Assembly (NCBI GenBank): GCA_051011415.1
Contig: JBPCTY010000060.1
Coordinates: 10,781 to 74,780 of the forward strand
DNA: 64,000 nucleotides
Direction: 5' to 3'
From: Acidimicrobiia bacterium
Lineage (GTDB): Bacteria > Actinomycetota > Acidimicrobiia > Spongiisociales > UBA5794
The stretch's first letter is position 1. Every line of letters starts with the position of its first letter. The position numbers were made by a program, and so were the translations under genes. This document shows positions 1 through 9,136 of the stretch, one piece after another. The notes beneath the pieces were generated by a model that did not search any database, was not told the origin of the DNA, and saw only the letters and a list, made by a program, of their open reading frames with translations.

Positions 1-1426
1 CGGTCGGAGGAAGCCCATATTCGAGTGCCAGGATGTAGTCATCGTCCACAGGATGCGCTTCATCGTCTCCTGCTTGCCTCGATGCAGCCTGGTCCTCGAA
101 CCTCGATCGCTGGTCAAACGGATCATTGAGCTCAGAAAAGGCGTTCGCATACTCATCGCCTGCGATGAACAGCTCGAACCGCTCGGTCACATGTGGCTTG
201 GAACGATGCGCACGTGACAAAGGAGAGATTTCGATCGGGTGTTCGGTCACGAAGATCGGATCCCACAACGTTGGCTCCACGACCTCGTCGAACAGCGCCT
301 CAATGAGTTTGCCGCTCCCCCAATGATCCTCGGGTTCCACGCCGTGCGAACGTGCGAGCGCTCGAAGATCGTCGACATCCGTGTCGTAGTCAATATCGGC
401 GGCGACCTCCTGCTGCACGAGCGAAAGCATCGACGCCCGCCGGTACGGACCGGCGAGGGACAGCGAACGGTCCATGTAGTTGATCGTCGTATCCCCGGTC
501 ACGGCGATTGCACAAGCGGCCGCCACCTCCTCGACGAGCAACATGATGTCCTCGTAGTCAGCAAACGCCTCGTACGACTCCAACATTGTGAACTCTGGAT
601 TGTGCGAGGAATCAATTCCTTCGTTGCGGAAGATCCGTCCGATCTCAAAAACACGTTCCAGACCGCCTACGACCAGTCGCTTCAGGTAGAGCTCGGTAGC
701 GATCCGAAGATACATGTCCTGATCAAGGGTGTTGTGATGCGTTCTGAACGGGCGTGCGGTCGCCCCCGTTGCTTGAGGGAGCAGCACCGGTGTCTCGACC
801 TCAATGTATCCCCGACCCTCGAACTGGCGGCGAAGCTCAGAGATCACGGTGGCTCTCGCAATCGCCGTCGCCCTCGCGTCTTCGTTCGCCATCAGATCGA
901 CGTACCGTCGCCTGCTGCGAGCCTCAACATCCTTGAGCCCGTGCCACTTGTCAGGGAGCGGGCGCAGACTCTTCTGGAGAAGCTCAAACGACGAGATGCG
1001 GACGCTCAGCTCTCCTCGCTTCGTGGCGATGACTTCTCCGGTCGCACCGACCCAGTCGCCGCTGTCCAGCTCGGAGAAGCGTCCGAAGCCGTCGTCGCCG
1101 AGCGTTCGCTTATCGACGAAGAGCTGGATCGTGCCCGAGACGTCGGAAAGTACGGCAAAGATCAGCTTCCCCATATTGCGGGTGTTCATCAGACGGCCAG
1201 CGACCGTCACCGCGTCCCCGGTTTCGGCTCCGGGGGCGAGATCGGTGTAGGTGTCTATCAGGTCGGCTGCGGTGTGCGTTCGGGCGAACGAATACGGGAA
1301 GCCTCCGTCCTCCATGACCTCGCGGTACTTGTCGACACGGGCACGGGTGAGTGGATGGTCCTCGAGTGGGTCGCTGTCGTCGATGACCTGCGGGTCGTCC
1401 TGTGTGTCGGCCGGTGTATCCGTCAT
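1..1426 (-). CDS. lysS: Lysyl-tRNA synthetase, class II. Partial: the C-terminus runs off the window start.
   Basis: Manual minus-strand translation from the ATG at 1424-1426 gives MTDTPADTQDD...GRLMNTRNMGKLIFAVLSDVSGTIQLFV (OB anticodon-binding domain) and ...GRIFRNEGIDSSHNPEFTMLE (class II motif 2). The ATG overlaps the coaX stop (ATGA). It is not in the ORF track because there is no in-window stop. It is antisense to the listed + ORF 239..1450. Confidence 0.85.
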   Translation of the reverse strand, partial: MTDTPADTQDDPQVIDDSDPLEDHPLTRARVDKYREVMEDGGFPYSFARTHTAADLIDTYTDLAPGAETGDAVTVAGRLMNTRNMGKLIFAVLSDVSGTIQLFVDKRTLGDDGFGRFSELDSGDWVGATGEVIATKRGELSVRISSFELLQKSLRPLPDKWHGLKDVEARSRRRYVDLMANEDARATAIARATVISELRRQFEGRGYIEVETPVLLPQATGATARPFRTHHNTLDQDMYLRIATELYLKRLVVGGLERVFEIGRIFRNEGIDSSHNPEFTMLESYEAFADYEDIMLLVEEVAAACAIAVTGDTTINYMDRSLSLAGPYRRASMLSLVQQEVAADIDYDTDVDDLRALARSHGVEPEDHWGSGKLIEALFDEVVEPTLWDPIFVTEHPIEISPLSRAHRSKPHVTERFELFIAGDEYANAFSELNDPFDQRSRFEDQAASRQAGDDEAHPVDDDYILALEYGLPPT

Positions 1427-2196
1427 GCAGAGTCCTGGTTGAGTTCGTGAATCAGTCGCAGACCTTCGAGCGTGAGATACGGGTCGATGGTGTCAACGCT
1501 GGTGCAGTGCGGCACGATGGTAGAGGCAAGTCCCCCCGTGGCCACCCTTGTGACGTCGCCACCGAGGTCTGCAGCGATTCGCTCCATGATCCCATCGACG
1601 AGGCCCGCATGGCCGTAGATCGCCCCGGACTGAATCGCCTCGACGGTTCCCTTTCCGATCACCGAGCGTGGCGGTGAGAACTCGACCCGTCGGAGTGCCG
1701 CGGTTCCGGACACAAGCGCGTTCGTTGCAATTTCGAGGCCAGGGGCAATTGCTCCACCGAGGTATGCACCGTTCGGGCCTACAACGTCGAAGTTGGTTGA
1801 GGTTCCGAAATCGACCACAACTACCGGCGTGTCGTACTTCGCCTTGGCGGCCACTGAGTTGACGATTCGATCCGCACCGACCTCCCGTGGATTGTCAATC
1901 TCGATTGAGAGCCCGGTGCGCACGCCGGGTTCTACCACCACAGCGCTTCCGGAAACGACGTGTGGTGCCACGTCGCGGACAGTGGTGGTCATGGCCGGGA
2001 CCACGCTCGAGACACAGAGACCCTTGATGTCCGACTGTCCGAAGCCATCGGCGGCAAGGATGCCGGACACTTGAAGGCGGAGTTCATCCGATGTCGCCGT
2101 CGGGTCTGTGGAGATCCGCCAATGGCCGATGAGCTCTCGACCGTCGAACATACCGAGTGCGACCTGGGTGTTTCCGATGTCAATGGTCAGCAGCAT
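1423..2196 (-). CDS. coaX: Type III pantothenate kinase
   Basis: N-terminus MLLTIDIGNTQVALG, an ASKHA/ROK-like fold, 257 aa. Sits in the conserved lysS-coaX-panC neighbourhood. Confidence 0.9.
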   Translation of the reverse strand: MLLTIDIGNTQVALGMFDGRELIGHWRISTDPTATSDELRLQVSGILAADGFGQSDIKGLCVSSVVPAMTTTVRDVAPHVVSGSAVVVEPGVRTGLSIEIDNPREVGADRIVNSVAAKAKYDTPVVVVDFGTSTNFDVVGPNGAYLGGAIAPGLEIATNALVSGTAALRRVEFSPPRSVIGKGTVEAIQSGAIYGHAGLVDGIMERIAADLGGDVTRVATGGLASTIVPHCTSVDTIDPYLTLEGLRLIHELNQDSA

Positions 2197-3092
2197 TACG
2201 AACCTCCGTAGAGAATGCTTGTACCGGCGAGCCGTACCCCGCGATCAACGGTGCCGGATTGCGTGTCTGTCTCGAACGTCATGTTGTCGATGAGCCTGAC
2301 GCCCCCTACCCGAGCAGCGATTGCCAGGAACTGTCGTCCGGAAAAGGCCATCGCTGGGCGTGCGGTCTCTGCATCGGCGAGTTCCACGTACTCGAGATCT
2401 ACTCCGGGAACCGTCGAGACAGCCGAGGCGACCTGTTCTCTGATGCTTTGCACGGAGCGATCGCCGTCAACGAACCGATCCGCTGCGGTTGACAGCGAAG
2501 CAAAGAGGTTGTCGGCAGCCACCCTGGAGTCTGCATCGAGATGGACGTTCCGGCTCGAGAGAGCGAGCCCGCTGTGTTCCCGCACAATCGGCATGCCCTT
2601 CACCGTCACGGGCAGCGAGAGGTCCGTCCCGAGCGATGACACCACAGCTAGTTGCTGGGCGTCCTTCCTTCCGAAGTAGGCGGTATCCGGCTGAACCCCG
2701 GCAAGGAGCTTCGTCACGACTGTTGCCACTCCATCGAAATGCCCTGGCCGGTGCATGCCCTCCATTGCATCGGCAACGCCACCGACGGAAACGACAGTCC
2801 TGTTCCCGGCCGGATACATGTAGTCGACAGAGGGAGCAAACAGGCACGTTGCGCCTGCCTCCGTGGCAAGAGCCACATCGCGCTCGAAGTCGGTCGGATA
2901 TGCGTCGAGATCCGATGGATCGCCGAACTGTGTCGGGTTGACGAACACGGACACCACCACCGAGTCATTCTCAGCTGCGGCGGCTTCGACCAAGCTGAGG
3001 TGCCCTTCATGCAGGAAGCCCATCGTGGGTACAAGTCCGACCTTCCCGCTGACTGAGGATCTGACCTGCTCGAACGTGTCGAGTACCGTCAC
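2196..3092 (-). CDS. panC: Pantoate--beta-alanine ligase
   Basis: MGFLHEGHLSLV (the HxGH nucleotidyltransferase motif), 298 aa. Overlaps coaX by 1 nt. Confidence 0.92.
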   Translation of the reverse strand: MTVLDTFEQVRSSVSGKVGLVPTMGFLHEGHLSLVEAAAAENDSVVVSVFVNPTQFGDPSDLDAYPTDFERDVALATEAGATCLFAPSVDYMYPAGNRTVVSVGGVADAMEGMHRPGHFDGVATVVTKLLAGVQPDTAYFGRKDAQQLAVVSSLGTDLSLPVTVKGMPIVREHSGLALSSRNVHLDADSRVAADNLFASLSTAADRFVDGDRSVQSIREQVASAVSTVPGVDLEYVELADAETARPAMAFSGRQFLAIAARVGGVRLIDNMTFETDTQSGTVDRGVRLAGTSILYGGS

Positions 3093-3868
3093 TGATCCTG
3101 CTCCTGCGACATCGAGGACAGCGTTATTGCGGCCTCAGTCATCGACCGAAAGGCGATGAACTCTGCCACTCCCACACGGTCGACTGCCTCCATCTGCCTG
3201 TTCACCGTCTCACGATCACCTCGTGCGATGGGGCCCGTACGTGCATTCATCGGACCAAGCGCATATGCGTTTGCGATAGCTGCCTCAACCAGGGGCCTCG
3301 TCGATTCGAATGGGACGTCTGCGGCCGTCATGAGCCTGTATGCAAGTTCGAGAGCCGCGTTGGTGTAGTTCGACGCAGCCGAGGCCGCTGCGTGATACAG
3401 CACCTTGTCCTCGTCGGCCAGCCGGAATGGTCTGCATCCAAGAGATTCTGCGAACTCGTCCAGGGTTGACGCCAACGGTTCGGTTGCGGTCACTGCCATC
3501 CATGCGCCAGCGAGATTCGCTGCACCGGTTTCGGCATCCGGCAGTGTCTGAAGCGGGTGCAGGGAGCCAACCGGAATGCCGATAGTGGCAAGCGGGTCAA
3601 GCGAATGGATCGACACAGACCCAGAGAGATGCACAGTTGGTATCGGATCGGCGGACACGAGTTGCTCGGCGAGAACGGGAATGGCTCCGTCGCTGACTGC
3701 AACAAGCCGCAGATCGGGATGACCTTCGGTAGACCCGACCAATGCCGCAATCCGTGTGACAGCCTCATCACTCCGGCCCCTGACCCCGGTGATCGTGTGA
3801 CCGGATCGGTGGGAAGCGAGGGCCAGCGCGCCTGCAGCACGCCCGGTTCCGACAATCTCAATGTGCAT
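3089..3868 (-). CDS. Rossmann-like/DUF2520-type protein. The probable true start is the internal Met (MHIEIVGTGRAAG).
   Basis: A GxGxxG-like N-terminus (IVGTGRAAGALALA). Ala/Leu-rich. Position between panC and folK is as in mycobacterial synteny. The 5' extension of the listed ORF is Arg/Cys-rich and looks non-coding. Confidence 0.6.
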   Translation of the reverse strand: MHIEIVGTGRAAGALALASHRSGHTITGVRGRSDEAVTRIAALVGSTEGHPDLRLVAVSDGAIPVLAEQLVSADPIPTVHLSGSVSIHSLDPLATIGIPVGSLHPLQTLPDAETGAANLAGAWMAVTATEPLASTLDEFAESLGCRPFRLADEDKVLYHAAASAASNYTNAALELAYRLMTAADVPFESTRPLVEAAIANAYALGPMNARTGPIARGDRETVNRQMEAVDRVGVAEFIAFRSMTEAAITLSSMSQEQDQ

Positions 3869-3912
3869 ATTGGCTCCGATCCGTATGGGTATCGGTCCTT
3901 CGGATGGGGAGG

Positions 3913-5253
3913 CTAGGACACAGCCGGTCTCTGCGAAACAGGAATGGCGAGGTTGAGTGAGTGACCGACAGCGGCATACGACCCGCTCTGTCCCCAGACC
4001 CTGATGGTTCCGGCGACCGTCCGGCCGGCAAAGTGATCGATCGACGCCTCTGCCAAGTACCAAGGCTCATCTACGACCGATGCAAACCGAGCAGAAATTT
4101 CAATGGTGGGCGTGGTCAGCGGGGTGGAATCGGGCAGATACCCCATCGCCTGCAACGTGGCTGGCCAGATGAGTGCGTCGATCGGCATGAAGATCGATGC
4201 GGCCGTCAGATATGGGTCCTTCCATCCCCGAGTCACATTGGGTGTCCAGGCACGCAGCACAGGCTCTGAAGCATCGACGAGATCTGGGACGTCCCAACGC
4301 TCGAATGCGGTCCATGATCGCGCCGAGTTGCCTGGCTTCCCACCGGCGCGGATCGCAAGCTGGTCTCCGGCGTGCGCTTGTGACCGGGGCATCACCTCCG
4401 CAGCTGGGGGACCGGTCACCGGGTTCTTCGGCCGTGCAAGGAGCCCCAGGTTGCAGTCGCCTGCAATCCGTCCGTCGTGATGGAGCGTGACTTTCAGGTC
4501 TATCGAGGATCGAGATCGACGATCCTCATGAACCCGTACCTCGATTGTTTCACCTGCTGGAACTGGCTCGATGTAGCGGTAGTTGAGCTGGGACACCTCC
4601 CCACCCGGCATCGACCGACCGGCTGCACGAAGAGCTATGCCAGCAAGTAAGGCGCCAAATGCATCGCCATTTGAATTCGACCAATCCTTCGAGAGCGTGA
4701 TCTCGTAAGGGCCATCACCTTGCAGCGTTGTGGCATCGGCAAGTCCCTCCAACCACCGCAACTCGTCGACAAGGACGGGCCCAGTCACTCTCTTCAGCCC
4801 GTCGTCGTCCAAGCCCGCCAGCGCATCGGCATAGGTGCCGTCCGCGTCAGAGACGCCTGGGTCGATGTCGGTGAGCGGAACAAGCACGAAGGCTCGATTG
4901 CGCATCTCGGGATGCGGGATGGTTAGCCCGGGCTCATCGACGGTCTCGCCGTCGTACCAAAGGATGTCGCAATCAAGCGTTCGAGGACCCCAACGTGTAT
5001 CCCGTGTTCGACCACGTTCCGCCTCGATGGCAATGAGCGACTTGAGCAGCTCTGATGGGTGCAGCGAGGTTTCAAGAGCGACCACAGCATTCAGGTAGGG
5101 GTGTTGGCCGTCCGGGCCACCAACCGGATTGGTCTCGTATATCGGGGAGCCGTCAACGACTGACCCAAGCTCTCCGATGGCTATCAGCGCTTGGTCAAGA
5201 TGGGCGCGGCGATCGCCGACGTTCGAGCCGAGAGCAACGAATGCCTTCGACAC
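3913..5253 (-). CDS. folK: HPPK (FolK) fused to a C-terminal acyl-CoA thioesterase II-like (TesB-like double hotdog) domain
   Basis: The N-terminal ~160 aa (ALGSNVGDR...PYLNAVVALET...RWGPRTLDCDIL...NRAFVLVPL) are classic HPPK. The C-terminal ~280 aa have two hotdog-like halves resembling TesB (GALLAGIALRAA...ETIEVRV...DGR; TIEISARFAS...). Confidence 0.8.
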   Translation of the reverse strand: MSKAFVALGSNVGDRRAHLDQALIAIGELGSVVDGSPIYETNPVGGPDGQHPYLNAVVALETSLHPSELLKSLIAIEAERGRTRDTRWGPRTLDCDILWYDGETVDEPGLTIPHPEMRNRAFVLVPLTDIDPGVSDADGTYADALAGLDDDGLKRVTGPVLVDELRWLEGLADATTLQGDGPYEITLSKDWSNSNGDAFGALLAGIALRAAGRSMPGGEVSQLNYRYIEPVPAGETIEVRVHEDRRSRSSIDLKVTLHHDGRIAGDCNLGLLARPKNPVTGPPAAEVMPRSQAHAGDQLAIRAGGKPGNSARSWTAFERWDVPDLVDASEPVLRAWTPNVTRGWKDPYLTAASIFMPIDALIWPATLQAMGYLPDSTPLTTPTIEISARFASVVDEPWYLAEASIDHFAGRTVAGTIRVWGQSGSYAAVGHSLNLAIPVSQRPAVS

Positions 5254-5255
5254 GT

Positions 5256-5738
5256 CTAGATCTCGGGAATCAGGCGACGGCCCTCTGGTCCGATCGCTCT
5301 CCCAAGGATGCGTTGGACAACGTCGGTTGCGACGATCGGGTCGTCGAGCATTTCCGAATGGATCAGATACCCCGCGAGCAGGCCGCCAAGCGTGTCGTCG
5401 ATCGTGTCCCGGTGAACAAGGACCACTGCTTCCGGGTCTTCGAGAGCTTCGGAGAGCACTTCGAAAACGGGAAGCGCATCTTCAGGCTCCAGCTCCGTGT
5501 CCACCTCGCACGAATAGAACTCAAAGCCCGCAGCCTCGTACGCAACCGAATTCTGGTTGGTACCGAGGAACGAGACTATTGAGTTGACGCCCTGATCCTG
5601 TAGCCAGATCAGCTCTTCTTCGCGTCGAACCTTGCGATGTTGAAAGCCATAGCCACCGATGCGTTCGGCCACAGCCAAGCGGCTCGTGATCACCCATCGG
5701 AAGCCGCGAGGCTCAAGTCCTGTTGATTTTTTCGGCAT
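5256..5738 (-). CDS. Hypothetical protein with possible dual-specificity-phosphatase-like topology that lacks the CX5R catalytic loop
   Basis: 160 aa. ...VLVHRDTIDDTLGGLLAGYLIH sits where a DUSP P-loop would be, but without Cys or Arg. It occupies the slot where folB normally lies between folK and folP. Confidence 0.45.
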   Translation of the reverse strand: MPKKSTGLEPRGFRWVITSRLAVAERIGGYGFQHRKVRREEELIWLQDQGVNSIVSFLGTNQNSVAYEAAGFEFYSCEVDTELEPEDALPVFEVLSEALEDPEAVVLVHRDTIDDTLGGLLAGYLIHSEMLDDPIVATDVVQRILGRAIGPEGRRLIPEI

Positions 5739-6594
5739 CGTGCTCCTCGGGCACCATAGCCTTGGCCGACACCGCTACATCAACTGCGAGCCGAACATTG
5801 TGAACCCGCAAGATCTTGGCCCCTTTGAGCACCGCAGCAGCCATGGTCGCCGCTGTTGCACCGTCTCGCTCTGACGGTTCCGTATGGCCACGAACCGGCT
5901 CGAGGAGGCTGCCAAGAAAGCCCTTCCGACTGGTCCCTACGACCACCGGATAGCCGAGGTGGGTGAATGCGCCCAGCTCTCGCAAAAGGGTCAGGTTGTG
6001 GTCAAGCGTCTTTCCGAACCCAATGCCCGGATCGATGGCGACCGACTCCACCCGAATGCCGGCCTCTATCGCATCGAGTGACCTCCTGGCGAGGTACTTC
6101 CCGATCTCGACGACGACATCGTCATAGGTCGGGTCGATCTGCATCGTTTCCGGTGTCCCTTGCATATGCATGACCACTACACCAGCGCCCGAGTCTGCAC
6201 ACACTGATCGCATGTCCGGGTTGGTGAGCCCTGTGACGTCATTGACGATCTTTGCACCCGCCGCGAGGGCTTCCTCAGCGATCGCTGGCTTCGACGTATC
6301 GACCGATACGACGATTCCCTCAGATGCCAATGCCGCGACAACCGGCATTACTCGGTCATGCTCGGTTCTCACGTCGATGGGCTCGGCACCCGGCCGTGTG
6401 GACTCTCCACCAATGTCAACGATCGCAGCACCATCAGACACCATCGCACGTGCATGTTCCACGGCGTTGTTGATGTTGACGTAGTCTCCGCCATCGCTGA
6501 ACGAGTCGGGCGTTACGTTCAGAATCCCCATCACAAGTGGATCGCACAGGGGAAGAGAGAGGTCAGCTACCCGCCATACCGATGTGTCATCCAC
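5713..6594 (-). CDS. folP: Dihydropteroate synthase
   Basis: Pterin-binding domain: GILNVTPDSFSDGG, DIGGESTRPGA, VSVDT. Confidence 0.9.
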   Translation of the reverse strand: MDDTSVWRVADLSLPLCDPLVMGILNVTPDSFSDGGDYVNINNAVEHARAMVSDGAAIVDIGGESTRPGAEPIDVRTEHDRVMPVVAALASEGIVVSVDTSKPAIAEEALAAGAKIVNDVTGLTNPDMRSVCADSGAGVVVMHMQGTPETMQIDPTYDDVVVEIGKYLARRSLDAIEAGIRVESVAIDPGIGFGKTLDHNLTLLRELGAFTHLGYPVVVGTSRKGFLGSLLEPVRGHTEPSERDGATAATMAAAVLKGAKILRVHNVRLAVDVAVSAKAMVPEEHDAEKINRT

Positions 6595-6597
6595 CGG

Positions 6598-8511
6598 CTA
6601 GGTGATGCCTTCGGCCCTCGCAGCCGTGATGCCGGCCTCGACAGGGGGCAGCGCCTCGGGAGCCTTGAGCCGAATGGAACCATCCGCAGCGTGCTCCCAC
6701 TTGGGTACATCGTGGAGAACCTCGATGACCTCGTCTGCGCCAAGCGTTTCTCGATCCATCAGCGCATCGGCGATGCGATGGAGGGCCTCTTCATGTGTCG
6801 CAAGAATGGTGCGAGCCTCGTCGTGAGCCTGCGTGATGAGGAAGCGGACCTCCTCATCGATAGAGGCAGCGACTTCGTTGGATAGATCCTGGCCCTTCGA
6901 GTAGTCGCGTCCGAGGAAGACTTCACCCTCGGGCGTTCCGTATCGCAGTGGACCGAGCTTCTCGGACATGCCGTATTCCATGACCATCTTGCGAGCGATG
7001 CTTGTCGCTTTCTCAATGTCGTTAGAAGCTCCGGTGGTTGGGTCGACGAAGATCAGCTCCTCAGCGGTCCGGCCTCCGAGCAACATCGCAAGCTGATCGA
7101 TCATCTCCGACCTGCGTGCGTAGTACTTGTCCTCAAGCGGAAGCGCCATCGTGTAGCCGCCTGCGCGCCCTCGCGGAATGATCGTGACCTTGTGAATTGG
7201 GTCTGCGTTCGGAAGGGCATAACCGACCAATGCGTGCCCACCTTCGTGGTACGCCGTGATCTTCCTCTCCTGTTCGGACATGACCCTGCTCTTGCGTTCT
7301 GGGCCCGCGATAACTCTTTCGATTGCCTCTTCAAGAGTCGGCATCGTGATCTTGTCGTCGTCGCGCCGGGCTGCAAGAAGCGCTGCCTCGTTGATCAGGT
7401 TTGCGAGATCGGCACCGGTGAACCCTGGCGTCTGACGTGCGAGAATGGACAGCTCAATGTCTCCGGCGAGCGGCTTGCCCTTTGCGTGGACTTCGAGAAT
7501 CTTCTCCCGACCGACGAGGTCTGGTCGGTCGACCACGATCTGCCTGTCGAAACGGCCTGGCCGCAATAGGGCGGGATCGAGAATGTCGGGACGGTTGGTC
7601 GATGCGATGACGATCACGCCGGACTTCACGTCGAAGCCATCGAGCTCGACGAGTAGCTGGTTGAGCGTCTGCTCGCGCTCATCGTGGCCACCACCAAGAC
7701 CGGCACCACGATGTCGGCCCACTGCGTCAATCTCATCTATGAAGACGATGGAAGGCGCATTCTGTTTTGCCTGATCAAACAGATCACGCACCCGGGATGC
7801 ACCGACGCCCACAAACATTTCGACGAAGTCGGAGCCGGAGATGGAGTAGAACGGAACGTTCGCCTCACCAGCCACCGCACGGGCAAGCAAGGTCTTTCCT
7901 GTTCCAGGGGGGCCGTACAGCAGGACGCCCTTGGGGATCTTCGCTCCCATGGCGCGGAACTTCTGAGGATGTGCGAGGAATTCTTTGATCTCTTCAAGCT
8001 CCTCGACGGCTTCGTCGGCTCCCGCCACGTCGGAGAACAGAACTTTCGGAGCGTCCTTTGAGACCTGCTTCGCCTTCGACTTGCCGAACTGCATGACGCG
8101 GTTTCCGCCACCCTGCATCTGCATGATGATGAAGATGAACAGACCAAAGATGAGCAGGTACGGCAGGATCGAGGTCAGGAACCACTCAAAGAGCGTCGGG
8201 TTCTCGGCATCAACAGTGAAAGTGACATCCGCCTCTTGCAGCTTCTCTGTGAGCGTTGCTGCGTAGTCAGCTGGATACCTAACGAGGATGTCGACCTCTT
8301 CGCCGTCGACGATTGCGGTGCCGGTGAGTTCGTTCGACCTGTCCTTCATAAGAAGGTCCTGGTTCACATCACCGGTGGCGAGATACGCCTCGAAGTCACT
8401 GAGGGACAATTCGGTCGGCTGTGTCGCCTGATTGAAGACGAGCTGGAAGCCCATCACCACGAGGAATATCACGGCGAGGTACACGAGGATTGTTCTCGCG
8501 GTCCTGTTCAC
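6598..8511 (-). CDS. ftsH: ATP-dependent zinc metalloprotease FtsH
   Basis: N-terminal TM helices, Walker [19 protein letters not shown], the SRH region, and the HEGGHALVG zinc site. 637 aa. Confidence 0.95.
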   Translation of the reverse strand: MNRTARTILVYLAVIFLVVMGFQLVFNQATQPTELSLSDFEAYLATGDVNQDLLMKDRSNELTGTAIVDGEEVDILVRYPADYAATLTEKLQEADVTFTVDAENPTLFEWFLTSILPYLLIFGLFIFIIMQMQGGGNRVMQFGKSKAKQVSKDAPKVLFSDVAGADEAVEELEEIKEFLAHPQKFRAMGAKIPKGVLLYGPPGTGKTLLARAVAGEANVPFYSISGSDFVEMFVGVGASRVRDLFDQAKQNAPSIVFIDEIDAVGRHRGAGLGGGHDEREQTLNQLLVELDGFDVKSGVIVIASTNRPDILDPALLRPGRFDRQIVVDRPDLVGREKILEVHAKGKPLAGDIELSILARQTPGFTGADLANLINEAALLAARRDDDKITMPTLEEAIERVIAGPERKSRVMSEQERKITAYHEGGHALVGYALPNADPIHKVTIIPRGRAGGYTMALPLEDKYYARRSEMIDQLAMLLGGRTAEELIFVDPTTGASNDIEKATSIARKMVMEYGMSEKLGPLRYGTPEGEVFLGRDYSKGQDLSNEVAASIDEEVRFLITQAHDEARTILATHEEALHRIADALMDRETLGADEVIEVLHDVPKWEHAADGSIRLKAPEALPPVEAGITAARAEGIT

Positions 8512-8611
8512 GTTGCTCCTATGGATTGCGACTACATACTTCGTCAGCCTTGGGCTGTCGAAACGTGTTGCAATGGTACGCCGAACCTACGTCAAGTTCG
8601 CGAGTTGGCGG

Positions 8612-9136
8612 TTACTCAACACCCTCTACTTCGGCAACGTATGGAAGGTTCCTGAACTTCCCATCGAAGTCGAGGCCGTAGCCAACGACAAACTTCGGCG
8701 GGATGTGGAATCCTTCGTACTTGACCTCGAGCGGAGGCCGTTCAATGCCATCCTTGATGAGGAGTGCAGCAAGCGACAGGCTCGCTGGCTTTCGCACTCG
8801 AAGGTTCTTGAGCAGATAGTGGAGGGTCAGACCGGTGTCAACGATGTCTTCGACGATGAGAACGTCCCTACCGGCGATCTCTTGATCGAGGTCCTTCAGG
8901 ATCCGAACGACACCCGAACTCTTCGTGGCTGAGCCATACGACGAGACCGCCATGAAGTCGAACTCGACCGGAAGGTCGATGTGTCTGGCGAGGTCAGCCA
9001 TGACGACGAATGCACCTTTGAGGATGCCGACCAGAAGAAGATCACGCCCTTCGTAGTCCTTCGTGATCTGTGCGCCCATCTCCGCCAGCTTGGCGTCGAT
9101 TTCTTCGGCTGAAATCACAACGTTCCCGATGTTCAC
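8612..9136 (-). CDS. hpt: Hypoxanthine-guanine phosphoribosyltransferase. The probable GTG start overlaps the tilS stop (GTGA).
   Basis: PRPP-binding motif VLIVEDIVDTGLTL. The N-terminus ...VISAEEIDAKL matches Hpt. The upstream part of the listed ORF overlaps tilS by 61 nt and is unlikely to be coding. Confidence 0.85.
   Translation of the reverse strand: MNIGNVVISAEEIDAKLAEMGAQITKDYEGRDLLLVGILKGAFVVMADLARHIDLPVEFDFMAVSSYGSATKSSGVVRILKDLDQEIAGRDVLIVEDIVDTGLTLHYLLKNLRVRKPASLSLAALLIKDGIERPPLEVKYEGFHIPPKFVVGYGLDFDGKFRNLPYVAEVEGVE

Noticed and set aside
239-1450. 403-aa plus-strand ORF
   Set aside because: It is antisense to a clear lysS coding region. It is Arg/His-rich and has no motifs. This is a typical high-GC antisense open frame.
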